Of a stretch of DNA of 64,000 nt, positions 12,172-21,738 are shown piece by piece; positions within the stretch are counted from its first letter, which is position 1, and each line of letters begins with the position of its first letter. The notes beneath the pieces are model-generated. The model worked only from the letters and a program-made list of their open reading frames with translations, did not search any database and was not told the origin of the DNA. Source of the DNA: an uncultured Spirochaetota bacterium (GTDB lineage Bacteria > Spirochaetota > Spirochaetia > SZUA-6 > Fen-1364); contig CAVTHO010000008.1 of NCBI GenBank assembly GCA_963734545.1, positions 480,001 through 544,000 on the forward strand, written 5' to 3'. The translations under genes were made by a program, and so were the position numbers.

Positions 12172-13425
12172 ATGCCTGCGGCAACCAACAAGAATGTCCT
12201 TGTCATCAACTGCGGCAGCTCGTCGCTGAAGTACGAGGTCTGGCAGATGCCCCAGCGCGTCAGCCTTGGCCGGGGCCTGGTCGAGCGGATCGGGGAGCTG
12301 AAGGGAAAGATCACCCAGAAGACGCCCAAGGGAGACATCATGCGGGAGGTGCAGGTCCCGCATCACAAGGCGGCCATGCAGATGGTGTGCGAGGCGCTCA
12401 CGGACCCGGCCCAGGGGGCGCTGGGCGGCCTCGATGAGATCAGCGGCGTCGGGCACCGGGTGGTGCACGGAGGCGAACAGTACGCCTCATCCACCGTCAT
12501 AGACGAGGACGTCGTGAAGGCGGTGGAGAAGAACGTCGAGCTGGCCCCCCTGCACAACCCGCCCAACCTCATCGGCATCCGCGAGGCCCAGGCCGTGCTC
12601 CCGCACGTGAAGCAGGTGGCCGTGTTCGACACGTCGTTCCACCAGACAATGCCCCCGGCAGCCTACCTGTACGGCCTGCCGTACGAGCTGTACGAGAAGT
12701 ACAGGATCCGCCGCTACGGCTTCCACGGCACCAGCCATCGCTACGTGGCCTCGCGCGCAATGGAGCTGCTCAAGCGCTTCCCTGAAAACACGAACGTCAT
12801 CACCTGCCACCTCGGCAACGGCGCATCGGTGACGGCCATCGAGCACGGGGTTTCCATCGACACGTCCATGGGTTTCACGCCCCTCGAGGGCCTGATGATG
12901 GGCACGCGCAGCGGCGACATCGATCCCGCCATCATCAGCTTTCTCGAACAGCGCGGGTACAGCTCCACCGAGGTCAATGCGCTGCTCAACAAGAAGAGCG
13001 GGCTCCTCGGCCTCTCGGGGATCTCCAATGACCTGCGCGACCTGGAATCAGAGGCGGCAAAGGGAAACCAGCGGGCCGTCCAGGCCCTGGAAGTGTACGC
13101 TTACCGGGTGCGCAAGTATGTCGGCGCGTACGTGGCAAATCTCGTGAAGGTCGACGCCCTTGTTTTTACCGGTGGCATCGGTCAGCACGGGGTCCGCATG
13201 CGGGAAAGGATCTGTCACCGTCTGGAGAACCTCGGCATCTTCATGGACTACGAGGCCAACACGGCACTGGGTTCGGGAGAAGGGGTCGTCTCCACGCCCT
13301 ACTCGCCCATCGCGATCCTGGTGATCCCGACGAACGAGGAGCTTCAGATCGCGATCGATACGTATAATCTCATCTTTGGCGCCGAGAAGGCATTCCGAAG
13401 GCGCCAGAGCGATGTGTCTCTTTGA
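12172..13425 (+). CDS. ackA: Acetate kinase
   Basis: VINCGSSSLK, GHRVVHGG, APLHN, YGFHGTSH, HLGNGAS, TNEEL. Confidence 0.97.
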   Translation: MPAATNKNVLVINCGSSSLKYEVWQMPQRVSLGRGLVERIGELKGKITQKTPKGDIMREVQVPHHKAAMQMVCEALTDPAQGALGGLDEISGVGHRVVHGGEQYASSTVIDEDVVKAVEKNVELAPLHNPPNLIGIREAQAVLPHVKQVAVFDTSFHQTMPPAAYLYGLPYELYEKYRIRRYGFHGTSHRYVASRAMELLKRFPENTNVITCHLGNGASVTAIEHGVSIDTSMGFTPLEGLMMGTRSGDIDPAIISFLEQRGYSSTEVNALLNKKSGLLGLSGISNDLRDLESEAAKGNQRAVQALEVYAYRVRKYVGAYVANLVKVDALVFTGGIGQHGVRMRERICHRLENLGIFMDYEANTALGSGEGVVSTPYSPIAILVIPTNEELQIAIDTYNLIFGAEKAFRRRQSDVSL

Positions 13426-13440
13426 ATGGGGGTTTCTTTC

Positions 13441-13824
13441 ATGGTAGAGCTGGATTTCACGAAGCTCGACGGGCTCGTCCCGGCGATAGCGCAGGATTGG
13501 CAGACGGGAGAGGTTCTCATGGTCGCCTTCATGAACAAGGAGTCCTGGGAGCTCACCCTGAAGACAGGGATCATGCACTACTGGAGCAGGTCCCGGAGCA
13601 AGCTCTGGAAGAAAGGCGAGAGCTCCGGCAACATCCAGGAGGTGAAGGAGCTGCGGATCGACTGTGACGAGGACTGCGTGCTGGCCAAGGTGCGCCAGAT
13701 CGGAGACGCCGCCTGCCACACCGGCTTCAGGAGCTGCTTCTACCGCGTGGTCGAGGGCGGGACGTTGCGCGTCGACGGCGTGCGGGTGTTCGACCCGGCC
13801 GATGTGTACGGAGAGAAGAAATGA
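13441..13824 (+). CDS. hisI: Phosphoribosyl-AMP cyclohydrolase
   Basis: [32 protein letters not shown]. Confidence 0.96.
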   Translation: MVELDFTKLDGLVPAIAQDWQTGEVLMVAFMNKESWELTLKTGIMHYWSRSRSKLWKKGESSGNIQEVKELRIDCDEDCVLAKVRQIGDAACHTGFRSCFYRVVEGGTLRVDGVRVFDPADVYGEKK

Positions 13825-14717
13825 AGGATTACGTGATCAAGCTTGGCGTGCCCAAGGGAAGCCTCGAGCGCGCCACGATCGAGCTTTTCCAGAAGGCGGG
13901 ATGGAAGATATCGCTCTCCGAGCGCTCGTACTTCCCGTCCATCGACGATCCCGAGGTGAGCTGCAACCTCGTGCGCGCGCAGGAAATGGCGCGCTACGTG
14001 GAAAACGGCGTGCTCGACGCGGGCCTCACCGGCATGGACTGGATACTGGAAAACGAGGCGGACGTGGAGATCGTCACGGACCTCATCTACTCCAAGGCGA
14101 GCACGAGCAAGGCGCGGTGGGTGCTGGCCTGCCTGGCATCGTCTCCCATCGAGCGCCTGGAAGACTGCGCGGGAAAGACGATCTCCACGGAGCTGGTAGG
14201 GTTCACGAAGAGATACTTCGCCGAAAGAAACATCCCCGTGAAGGTCGAGTTCTCCTGGGGGGCCACCGAGGCGAAGGCGGTGGACGGCCTGGTGGACGCC
14301 ATCGTGGAGGTCACGGAGACGGGCAGCACGCTGCGCGCCAACGGTCTCAAGATCGTGCACACCCTGCTGGAGACCAACACCAAGCTCATCGCGAACAAGG
14401 CGGCGATGAAGGATCAGACGAAGAGGCGCAAGATCCAGCACATCGCCCTGCTCCTGCGCGGCGCGCTTGCCGCGGAGAACATGGTCGGCCTCAAGATGAA
14501 CGTGCCGGAGGCGAGCTTCGACGAGATCGTGAAGCTGCTCCCCAGCCTCACCTCGCCGACCGTGTCGCGGCTGCACAACGCCGCGTGGTTCTCCGTCGAG
14601 GTCATGATCCGGGAGTCTGTGGTCCGCGAGCTGGTCCCCCGGCTGATCGAAAAGGGAGCGGACGGCATCATCGAGTATCCCCTCAACAAGGTCGTCAACA
14701 GGAGTGACGCCCTGTGA
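13821..14717 (+). CDS. hisG: ATP phosphoribosyltransferase, long form
   Basis: [29 protein letters not shown]-terminal regulatory domain (PSLTSPTVS). Confidence 0.96.
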   Translation: MKDYVIKLGVPKGSLERATIELFQKAGWKISLSERSYFPSIDDPEVSCNLVRAQEMARYVENGVLDAGLTGMDWILENEADVEIVTDLIYSKASTSKARWVLACLASSPIERLEDCAGKTISTELVGFTKRYFAERNIPVKVEFSWGATEAKAVDGLVDAIVEVTETGSTLRANGLKIVHTLLETNTKLIANKAAMKDQTKRRKIQHIALLLRGALAAENMVGLKMNVPEASFDEIVKLLPSLTSPTVSRLHNAAWFSVEVMIRESVVRELVPRLIEKGADGIIEYPLNKVVNRSDAL

Positions 14718-15508
14718 GGCAGTATCTCGAGCTGTGCCGCCACATCCTCGCGCACGGCGCGGACAAGCCCGACCGGACAGGGACGGGGACGCGCAGCGTC
14801 TTCGGATGGCAGATGCGGTTCGACCTCCAGGCGGGATTCCCGCTTCTCACGACGAAGAAGCTCAACACAAAGGCCATCATGCACGAGCTGCTCTGGTTCC
14901 TGCGCGGGGAGACGAACGTGCGCACCCTGCAGGAAGCCGGTGTCCATATCTGGGACGAATGGGCGGATGCGCAGGGCGAGCTGGGACCTGTCTACGGCCG
15001 TCAGTGGCGGTCATGGCCCACTCCGGACGGCGGCTCAATCGACCAGATCGCCCGGCTCGTGGAAAGACTGCGGGCCGAGCCGTGGTCACGGCGGCACATC
15101 GTGTGCGCATGGAACGTGGCAGACATCGACCGCATGGCCCTGGCGCCCTGTCACTGCCTGTTCCAGTTCTACGTGGCAGGGGACAGGCTCTCCTGCCAGC
15201 TCTATCAGCGCAGCGCGGACGTGTTCCTCGGTGTCCCCTTCAACATCGCCTCGTACAGCCTGCTCACGCACATGGTGGCCCAGGTGTGCGGGCTCCAGGC
15301 CCACGAGTTCGTGCATACCCTCGGGGACGCGCACATCTATACAAACCACATCTCCCAGATCGAGCTTCAATTGACCCGTGAGCCGAGGCCGCTTCCGCGT
15401 CTGAGCCTGCGCACGGGTGTGCCGAGCATTTTCGATTTTACGTTCGAGGATTTTTCCATACAGGGCTACGACCCCCACCCCGCCATCCGGGGCGCAATCT
15501 CCGTGTAG
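14714..15508 (+). CDS. thyA: Thymidylate synthase
   Basis: [34 protein letters not shown]. Confidence 0.98.
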   Translation: MRQYLELCRHILAHGADKPDRTGTGTRSVFGWQMRFDLQAGFPLLTTKKLNTKAIMHELLWFLRGETNVRTLQEAGVHIWDEWADAQGELGPVYGRQWRSWPTPDGGSIDQIARLVERLRAEPWSRRHIVCAWNVADIDRMALAPCHCLFQFYVAGDRLSCQLYQRSADVFLGVPFNIASYSLLTHMVAQVCGLQAHEFVHTLGDAHIYTNHISQIELQLTREPRPLPRLSLRTGVPSIFDFTFEDFSIQGYDPHPAIRGAISV

Positions 15509-15526
15509 TACGGGATCGGGTGCCGC

Positions 15527-16066
15527 ATGTCCGTGGCCCTCATCGCGGCCATAGCCGCCAATCGGGTGATCGGAGACAGGGGCGCCCTGCCGTGGCGCCT
15601 GCCGGACGACCTTGCGCGATTCCGCAGGCTCACAATGGGACACGCCGTAATCATGGGGCGCGCTACGTTCAACTCCATGGGCCGGCCGCTTTCCGGCAGG
15701 CGCAACATCGTGCTGACGCGCGACACCGCCCTGCGGATCCCCGGTTGCGATGTCACGCATTCACCCGGGGAGGCCCTGGCAGCCGCGGGAGACGGGGAGA
15801 AGTTCATCATTGGCGGCGCCGCGATCTACGCTCTTTTCCTGCCGCTGGCTGACCTGATGTACCTCACGCTGATCGATGCGGAGGTGCCGGGGGAGACGCT
15901 CTTTCCTGATGTGCGCTGGGAGGAGTGGCGCGTCCTCCGAGAGACTCCCGGGCGCGTCGACGCTGCATCGTCGTACTCGGCGGATTCTCGCTCGCCTCTG
16001 CCCCACAGGTTCGTGGACTATGAGCGCGCAACCTTGCTTCTGCCGCCAGGCGCCACTCCCCTCTGA
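15527..16066 (+). CDS. folA: Dihydrofolate reductase
   Basis: LPWRLPDD, IMGRAT, RPLSGRRNIVL, IIGGAAIY; follows thyA. Confidence 0.95.
   Translation: MSVALIAAIAANRVIGDRGALPWRLPDDLARFRRLTMGHAVIMGRATFNSMGRPLSGRRNIVLTRDTALRIPGCDVTHSPGEALAAAGDGEKFIIGGAAIYALFLPLADLMYLTLIDAEVPGETLFPDVRWEEWRVLRETPGRVDAASSYSADSRSPLPHRFVDYERATLLLPPGATPL
15965..15988 (+). repeat. Dispersed GTAC repeat copy inside folA
   Basis: GCATCGTCGTACTCGGCGGATTCT, 22/24 to unit GCATCGACGTACCCGGCGGATTCT; read as ASSYSADS. Confidence 0.75.
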
Positions 16067-16162
16067 GCCAGCTTCCGCAGGCTGCATCAGCCTCCTCAAC
16101 CTGCGCAGTGAGCCGCGGCCCGCCCACCGAATTTCACAGGGCCTGGGCCGGGCCCTTGCGTT

Positions 16163-16190
16163 TGTTCCAACCTTATTAATGGTTGGAACA
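16163..16190. promoter_or_regulatory. Perfect 10-bp inverted repeat, operator or terminator candidate
   Basis: TGTTCCAACC-TTATTAAT-GGTTGGAACA in the folA-luxR spacer. Confidence 0.45.
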
Positions 16191-16336
16191 GGCAATCGTT
16201 ACTATGGACGAGAAATTGCAAGGGGGCAGCACACACTTTCGGGAAAACGGGGTCCGGCCCGAGCACGGGCGCGTCTTGGAGACTCTGGAATGATTGCGTC
16301 TTCTCGCCCTCGGATGCGTGTGGTACATTTGCGGCA

Positions 16337-17278
16337 TTGAGCCATTTTGTCGTTCTGCTCTATCTTCTCTCCCTTGGAAGCGGTATCGCGGCCATCTCAT
16401 TGCTAGCGTTTATCTTCTCGCGGACGCGGGAAGCGGCGATCCGCGCGTATCTCCCGTTCCTGGCAATCTATACGATGCTCATCTGCGCCTTGACCGTGCT
16501 GAACTACGTGGCGGCGAACGGGCTGGTGCGCCTGGAGGGTCCGGACTCCCTTTTTGCGCTGCTGAAGATCTACCTAGCCGTATTTGTTCCGTTCCTGGGC
16601 GCGGCCGGGCTGGTCATGCCGCGATTCTATGCTGCCTTTCTCGACCTTTCCCTGCCGCAACGCTACCGCGCCTCGACGATAGTCCTGGCCGCCGCGGCCG
16701 CGCCCGTCTTCGCGATCCTCGTTTCACGGGTGCATTTCTTCGCGGGGCTGGCGGCGTTTCTCGTGTATGTCATCGGGTTCATCACCGCCTCTTCATACCT
16801 CGCCGTTCGCGTGGCGCGGCGCCGGCCTTTTGTACGAGATCCAATGGTGCGTGCAGCCATCGCCGTCCTTTCAATGGCATTCGGGCTGAGCATAGGCGGC
16901 GCCATAGCGGAGTCGTTCCTCATGACCCGGCTGTACGTCGAAACCGGGGGCAAGGCGGTCTTCTTTTCCATCGTCAATCCTCTTTTCTACCTGCTCTGGA
17001 ACGTCCTCTCGATCTTTTTTGCGGCAAAGCGCTACCTGCACCCGGTCGCGCCCGGCTCGGGGCTCGAGCTGTCCCCGCGCTTCCTGGAGCAATTCGGCAT
17101 TACGGATCGTGAAGCCGAGATAACCCGGGCCGTTCTGGAGGGACAGAGCAACAAGGAGATCGCCTACAATCTGAGCATCTCCATCAACACGGTGCGCAAC
17201 CATCTGAGCAGCGTCTTCATGAAAGCGGGTGTCGCAAGCCGCATGCAGCTGGCGAAAAGGCTCCGGACCGCCGGCTGA
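16337..17278 (+). CDS. Membrane-anchored LuxR-type transcriptional regulator
   Basis: About 7 TM segments then ITDREAEI...SNKEIAYNLSISINTVRNH LuxR HTH. Confidence 0.9.
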   Translation: MSHFVVLLYLLSLGSGIAAISLLAFIFSRTREAAIRAYLPFLAIYTMLICALTVLNYVAANGLVRLEGPDSLFALLKIYLAVFVPFLGAAGLVMPRFYAAFLDLSLPQRYRASTIVLAAAAAPVFAILVSRVHFFAGLAAFLVYVIGFITASSYLAVRVARRRPFVRDPMVRAAIAVLSMAFGLSIGGAIAESFLMTRLYVETGGKAVFFSIVNPLFYLLWNVLSIFFAAKRYLHPVAPGSGLELSPRFLEQFGITDREAEITRAVLEGQSNKEIAYNLSISINTVRNHLSSVFMKAGVASRMQLAKRLRTAG

Positions 17279-17316
17279 AACCTCTCGCCTGGCTCGCGCG
17301 GCCAGGCTTCCCCGGG

Positions 17317-17336
17317 CATGGTACGAAAATACCATG
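17317..17336. promoter_or_regulatory. 7-6-7 palindrome, candidate LuxR-family operator
   Basis: CATGGTA-CGAAAA-TACCATG between the regulator and the next gene. Confidence 0.55.
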
Positions 17337-17389
17337 GCGCAAAGCGCGTGGATGTCCTTTCATTGGGAAATCTACTCTCGGGAGGAAAC

Positions 17390-18295
17390 GTGAAAATCAA
17401 AGCTGTCGTGAGCTACCTGATGACTTTCGCGGTCGTGTGTGTGGCAGTCATGGTCTCGACATGGATCGTCCCGGTGAGGGCCGAATTGATGGCGCAGATC
17501 ACCGCTGCCGGTCCCCGCTTCATGGCCGTTACCATGGTCAACTTCGCGATTACCGCGCTGGTGCTGTTCATGTTCCTGCGGGTTGCCCGGACGAGGGGAT
17601 GGAGGCTTGCCCTCGGCATGGTGGGTGCATTCTGGGGCGTGCTGTACTGCATGAGCCAGATCGAGAGCCTGATCTTCAATGAGGCCCTCACCTCGATGAC
17701 GACGCGGGACATTATTGAGACTGTCCTGCGCGGGTTCGTCTCCACCGCGTTGTCAGTCCCGGCGGCAATGCTGATGACCGGGGCATTCAAGAAGCCCGCT
17801 GAAAAAAGTGAAAAAGCCAGGATCGCGCTCGGGGAGTACGTCTGGAAGATCCCGGTGGGAGCCGTTGCGTACGTGGCCGTGTACTGGCTGTTCGGTTATT
17901 TCGTGGCATGGCAGTTTCCCGCGGTACGGCAATACTACTCAGGCACGGCCAACCTCATCCCGTTCTTTCAGTACACCGCCGGCGTCCTGTCTGATTCACC
18001 CACCTTCCTGTTGATCCAGCTCGGACGCGGAGCGCTGTGGGGGCTCCTGGCTCTTCTTCTCGTTGGTCTGCTCGGGAGGAATCGCTCCACGAGCGTCGCG
18101 GGAGTAGCGGCCCTGTTCGTCCTGTTCGGGCTGCAGCTTCTCGTTCCGAATCCCATGATGCCGGATGCGATCCGCATACCCCATCTCATCGAAACCGCAA
18201 GCTCGATGCTCCTCTACGGCGCTTTTCTGGGGAGCTTCCTTCACCCCGGACAGGCGCGCCTCGACAGCCGGCAGGAGGCGCACGCAGCACGCTAG
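17390..18295 (+). CDS. Polytopic membrane protein of unknown function (two similar halves)
   Basis: About 8 hydrophobic segments; GTG start with SD GGAGG. Confidence 0.75.
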   Translation: MKIKAVVSYLMTFAVVCVAVMVSTWIVPVRAELMAQITAAGPRFMAVTMVNFAITALVLFMFLRVARTRGWRLALGMVGAFWGVLYCMSQIESLIFNEALTSMTTRDIIETVLRGFVSTALSVPAAMLMTGAFKKPAEKSEKARIALGEYVWKIPVGAVAYVAVYWLFGYFVAWQFPAVRQYYSGTANLIPFFQYTAGVLSDSPTFLLIQLGRGALWGLLALLLVGLLGRNRSTSVAGVAALFVLFGLQLLVPNPMMPDAIRIPHLIETASSMLLYGAFLGSFLHPGQARLDSRQEAHAAR

Positions 18296-19122
18296 GCTCG
18301 CGGGGGACAGTATCTCAGGAACCTGACGAGGAAAAAGGCGCTCACCGCCGCCATGGAGCCGTATTGCACCAGCTCGACCACGCTGAAGCCCATTCCTTTC
18401 CATGAGATCATGAAGTCGAGGAACACGAGGCACAGGGACATGATCGTCGAGAAGGTGATGAACGCGGGGGCGAGCAGGTATCCGAATCCCTGTTTCCTGA
18501 ACAGGAGGACGGCGGAAACCATGAATGCCGGAAAGAATACACCGAGATCGAGCGCATGAAACGCCGCCGTGATCAGCCCTGAAAAAGCAGCGCTCTCTGG
18601 AAGGATCCCGGTGAAGGTCGAGGGAAGGATTTCACTCAGCCAGAGACCGATGAAGAAAAGTCCCGCAATCGCCAGAAAAATCACCGTGCCGGCCGTCTTT
18701 GTCTCGGGGACAAACCAGTCTCTTACGCGTTCCGCGCTCAGCCCCGCGATGGCGATAAAAAGGCAATAGAGGGCCAGCCCCATTTCAAAGGCGTACAGCA
18801 GAAAGAAATGATTGAAGTGAAGCGTAAAGCAATTGTAAGTGAATACATAGAGCGCATACATCATGGTGCCGAACCAGATGATGAAAGCCCTCCGGGAGCC
18901 GCGGCTCATGAGAAACGAGCTGGCGATCAGTACCGGCACGATGACAAAAAGATTTCCCAGATCCAGCCCGAGCACCTGGACGGTGTAGGCGGGACTGTCT
19001 TTCGAATACAGGTCCTTTTCAAAGAGCAGGCCCCCTGTGCTTGCAACCAGGATGATCGCGCAGAGCAGGAGAGTCAGGACAATCAGCGTTCTTACATGCG
19101 GTATTCGATTCATGGTGTTCAT
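18292..19122 (-). CDS. Polytopic membrane protein of unknown function
   Basis: About 8 TM segments; FHALDLG and GYLLAP motifs. Confidence 0.75.
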   Translation of the reverse strand: MNTMNRIPHVRTLIVLTLLLCAIILVASTGGLLFEKDLYSKDSPAYTVQVLGLDLGNLFVIVPVLIASSFLMSRGSRRAFIIWFGTMMYALYVFTYNCFTLHFNHFFLLYAFEMGLALYCLFIAIAGLSAERVRDWFVPETKTAGTVIFLAIAGLFFIGLWLSEILPSTFTGILPESAAFSGLITAAFHALDLGVFFPAFMVSAVLLFRKQGFGYLLAPAFITFSTIMSLCLVFLDFMISWKGMGFSVVELVQYGSMAAVSAFFLVRFLRYCPPRA

Positions 19123-19246
19123 TTCCCCGACTTCTGTTGATTCGCGCCCTGCATTATCGGGGAACTGGATTCCTGGTCAAGTGCGCTCTCCATTCGTGTC
19201 TTGCCAGGGGGAGGCAATTCCGGTAACGTCCGCTCAAGAGGTCATC

Positions 19247-20434
19247 ATGCGAAGGCACTGAACTGATCACAGCAAAAGAACCCCTGTATTCGCCCTCACC
19301 CTGCTCGCGATCGAGCTCCTCGACGAGCTCATCGGGGGGGCCCGTGAGGCCGCGTGGCCTTTGATCCGCAGCGATCTGGCGCTTTCCTACATTCATATCG
19401 GCCTGCTCGTCAGCGTTCCTGCCATCCTCAGCAATGTCATCGAACCGGTTCTCGGCGTTCTCTCCGATACCGGGCGTCGCCGGGCGCTGATCCTGGGAGG
19501 CGGCTGTCTTTTCGTCCTGTCCTCCGTCCTCACTGCCGTCAGCCCGGGTTTCTGGCCTTTGCTTACCGCATTCATCCTGTTTTATCCCGCATCCGGCGCG
19601 TTTGTCGGTCTTTCCCAGGCGGTCCTCATGGACTTGAATCCCGAGCGCCGGGAACAGAACATGGCGCGCTGGACATTTGCCGGGTCCCTCGGAATGAGCG
19701 CGGGTCCCCTCGCCCTCGGAGCCGCGCTCGGGTTGGGCACGGGATGGCGGGAGTTGTTTCTGGTCTTTGCGGTTCTGGCCGCCGTGCTCCTCTTCGCGGC
19801 GTGGCGCCGGCCCTTCCCGCACACCGGCGGAGACGGCACGACCAGGGAGAGGGGACCCGGGCTGGCGGCCGGCCTCGTGGTCGCCTGGAAGGCACTTCAG
19901 CGCAGGGAGGTCCTGCGCTGGCTTGCTCTCCTGCAGTTCTCCGATCTCATGCTCGACGTGCTGTACGGCCTGCTTGCGCTGTATTTCGTGGACGTGGTCG
20001 GAGTTTCGGCCGGGCAGGCTGCCCTGGCCGTGGCGATCTGGACCGTGGTGGGGCTCGCAGGGGATTTCCTTCTCATTCCCCTCCTGGAGAAAGTGCGGGG
20101 GCTCTCCTATCTCCGGGTGAGCGCGGCGATCATGACCGTGCTGTTCCCGGCGTTCCTGCTCGTCCCGCCGCTCGCGGGCAAGCTCGTCATCCTCGGCGCT
20201 CTGGGCTTTCTCAATTCGGGATGGTACGCCATCCTTCAGGCGCAATTGTACGGTTCCCTGCCGGGGCGGAGCGGTACGGCGCTTGCGGTGGGAAATGCGG
20301 GCGGCCTGATCGGCGGCTTCGTACCTCTGGCGCTCGGCGTGTTCGCGCAGGCGGCCGGCCTCCATGTCGCCATGTGGGCCCTGCTCGCCGGCCCGGTTGC
20401 CCTGCTCATCGGGATTCCCCGATCAAAACATTGA
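19247..20434 (+). CDS. MFS transporter; start uncertain (in-frame TGA at 19259-19261 after ATG 19247)
   Basis: The frame is open from 19262 (LLAIELLDELIGGAREAAWPLIRSDL); GVLSDTGRRR MFS motif A; ~12 TM. Confidence 0.82.
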
Positions 20435-20449
20435 CACCGATTCACGCGT

Positions 20450-21652
20450 GTGACAGGCTTGCGTGTGGCACTCAGTGAATCGCAGTCAGCCGAACCGACG
20501 CGAGACTTGCGGGAGCGGATACTGAACAGGCTCCTCCAGGTTGTTGCGGGCGTGGGAGTCGTCGCCTACGCGCCGAGCGCCTATCTCTCGATCAAGGAGA
20601 GACTCTGGCCGGTTCTCGTCGTGGATACCTTCGCTTTCCTCTACACCATCTGCCTCGCCCTTTTCAAAGGACTCCCCTTTCGATTGAGGGTCCTCTCCCT
20701 GATCTTCATTGCCTACGCCCTGGGAGTCATCCTGATCATTCTTACCGGGCCTTTCGGCGCCGGCCATTTGTTCATCTTCGGCTTCGTTTTTCTCGTCTCC
20801 CTGTTCGGCGGCGTCCGGGAAATGGTTCTGGCAAACGTCCTGGCCATTTTCACCCACGTGGGCTTCACCGTCGCCTCGGCATTGCACCTCCTTCCCTGGC
20901 CGCAGGGCCCCGAATCGGTCATCGTCATCTCGGCCAACTTCATCCTCGTCAGCCTCGTTCTCTCGTTCTCGGCCAACTATCTCATCCGCGGGTACGCTGC
21001 GGCCGCCTCGGGGGAAAAGCGGCTCCGTGAGGCGCTCGAGATGATGCTGAAAGAAATCGAGCACAGGGTAAAGAACAACCTGCAGGTCATCACGAGCCTC
21101 GTCAGCCTGCGAGGCGGTCCAGGCACGGATCCGGTCCGGGCCCTCGAGGACATCAAAGGGACCCTCTCTGCCATATCAGTCGTCCACCAGCTTCTCTACA
21201 GGAGGAACGCCTTCTACCTCGTGGAGCTGAGCGCGCTTCTCACCTCGCTGACCCAGCGGTTTCAAAACCTCGACCGGAATATCACCTTCTCCTTCGAGTG
21301 GAAAGGTACGAAGGTCGAGATGGACGGTGATCGCGCAGTCAGCGTTGGCTTGCTGGTCAACGAGATCGTCATGAACTCGGTCAAGCATGCCTTCCCGCAA
21401 AGGGAGGGACGGATCAACCTGAGCGTGGACTACGACTCCGGGAGCCGCACCGTGTCCCTGTTGATAGGCGACGATGGCCGCGGAATGACGGAAAAGGACG
21501 GCATTTCCGAAGGGAATGGGATCAAGATCATCCGTGCCCTGGCACGGCAGCTCAATGCGGAGATGGAGCTCACGGTAACTCCCAGCGTGCGCTACCGTTT
21601 TCGAATGCGGATCGAGCAGCCCGAGGAGAGCCTGCTCGGATCACGCAACTAG
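20450..21652 (+). CDS. Membrane sensor histidine kinase, HisKA_2/HWE type (no adjacent response regulator)
   Basis: EIEHRVKNNLQVI H-box, NEIVMNSVKHAF, DDGRG. Confidence 0.92.
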   Translation: MTGLRVALSESQSAEPTRDLRERILNRLLQVVAGVGVVAYAPSAYLSIKERLWPVLVVDTFAFLYTICLALFKGLPFRLRVLSLIFIAYALGVILIILTGPFGAGHLFIFGFVFLVSLFGGVREMVLANVLAIFTHVGFTVASALHLLPWPQGPESVIVISANFILVSLVLSFSANYLIRGYAAAASGEKRLREALEMMLKEIEHRVKNNLQVITSLVSLRGGPGTDPVRALEDIKGTLSAISVVHQLLYRRNAFYLVELSALLTSLTQRFQNLDRNITFSFEWKGTKVEMDGDRAVSVGLLVNEIVMNSVKHAFPQREGRINLSVDYDSGSRTVSLLIGDDGRGMTEKDGISEGNGIKIIRALARQLNAEMELTVTPSVRYRFRMRIEQPEESLLGSRN

Positions 21653-21738
21653 CGCAACGGGATCGCCAAACGGCGTCACCCCGTTCAGTGGAAAGTATGG
21701 TACGCTTCTTTCATAATAGTCGTTAAGGGGAACTGTCG

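Noticed and set aside
19247-19261. In-frame TGA as selenocysteine or readthrough in the MFS gene
   Set aside because: Codon 5 of a transporter with no redox motif or evident SECIS; an error or alternative start is more likely
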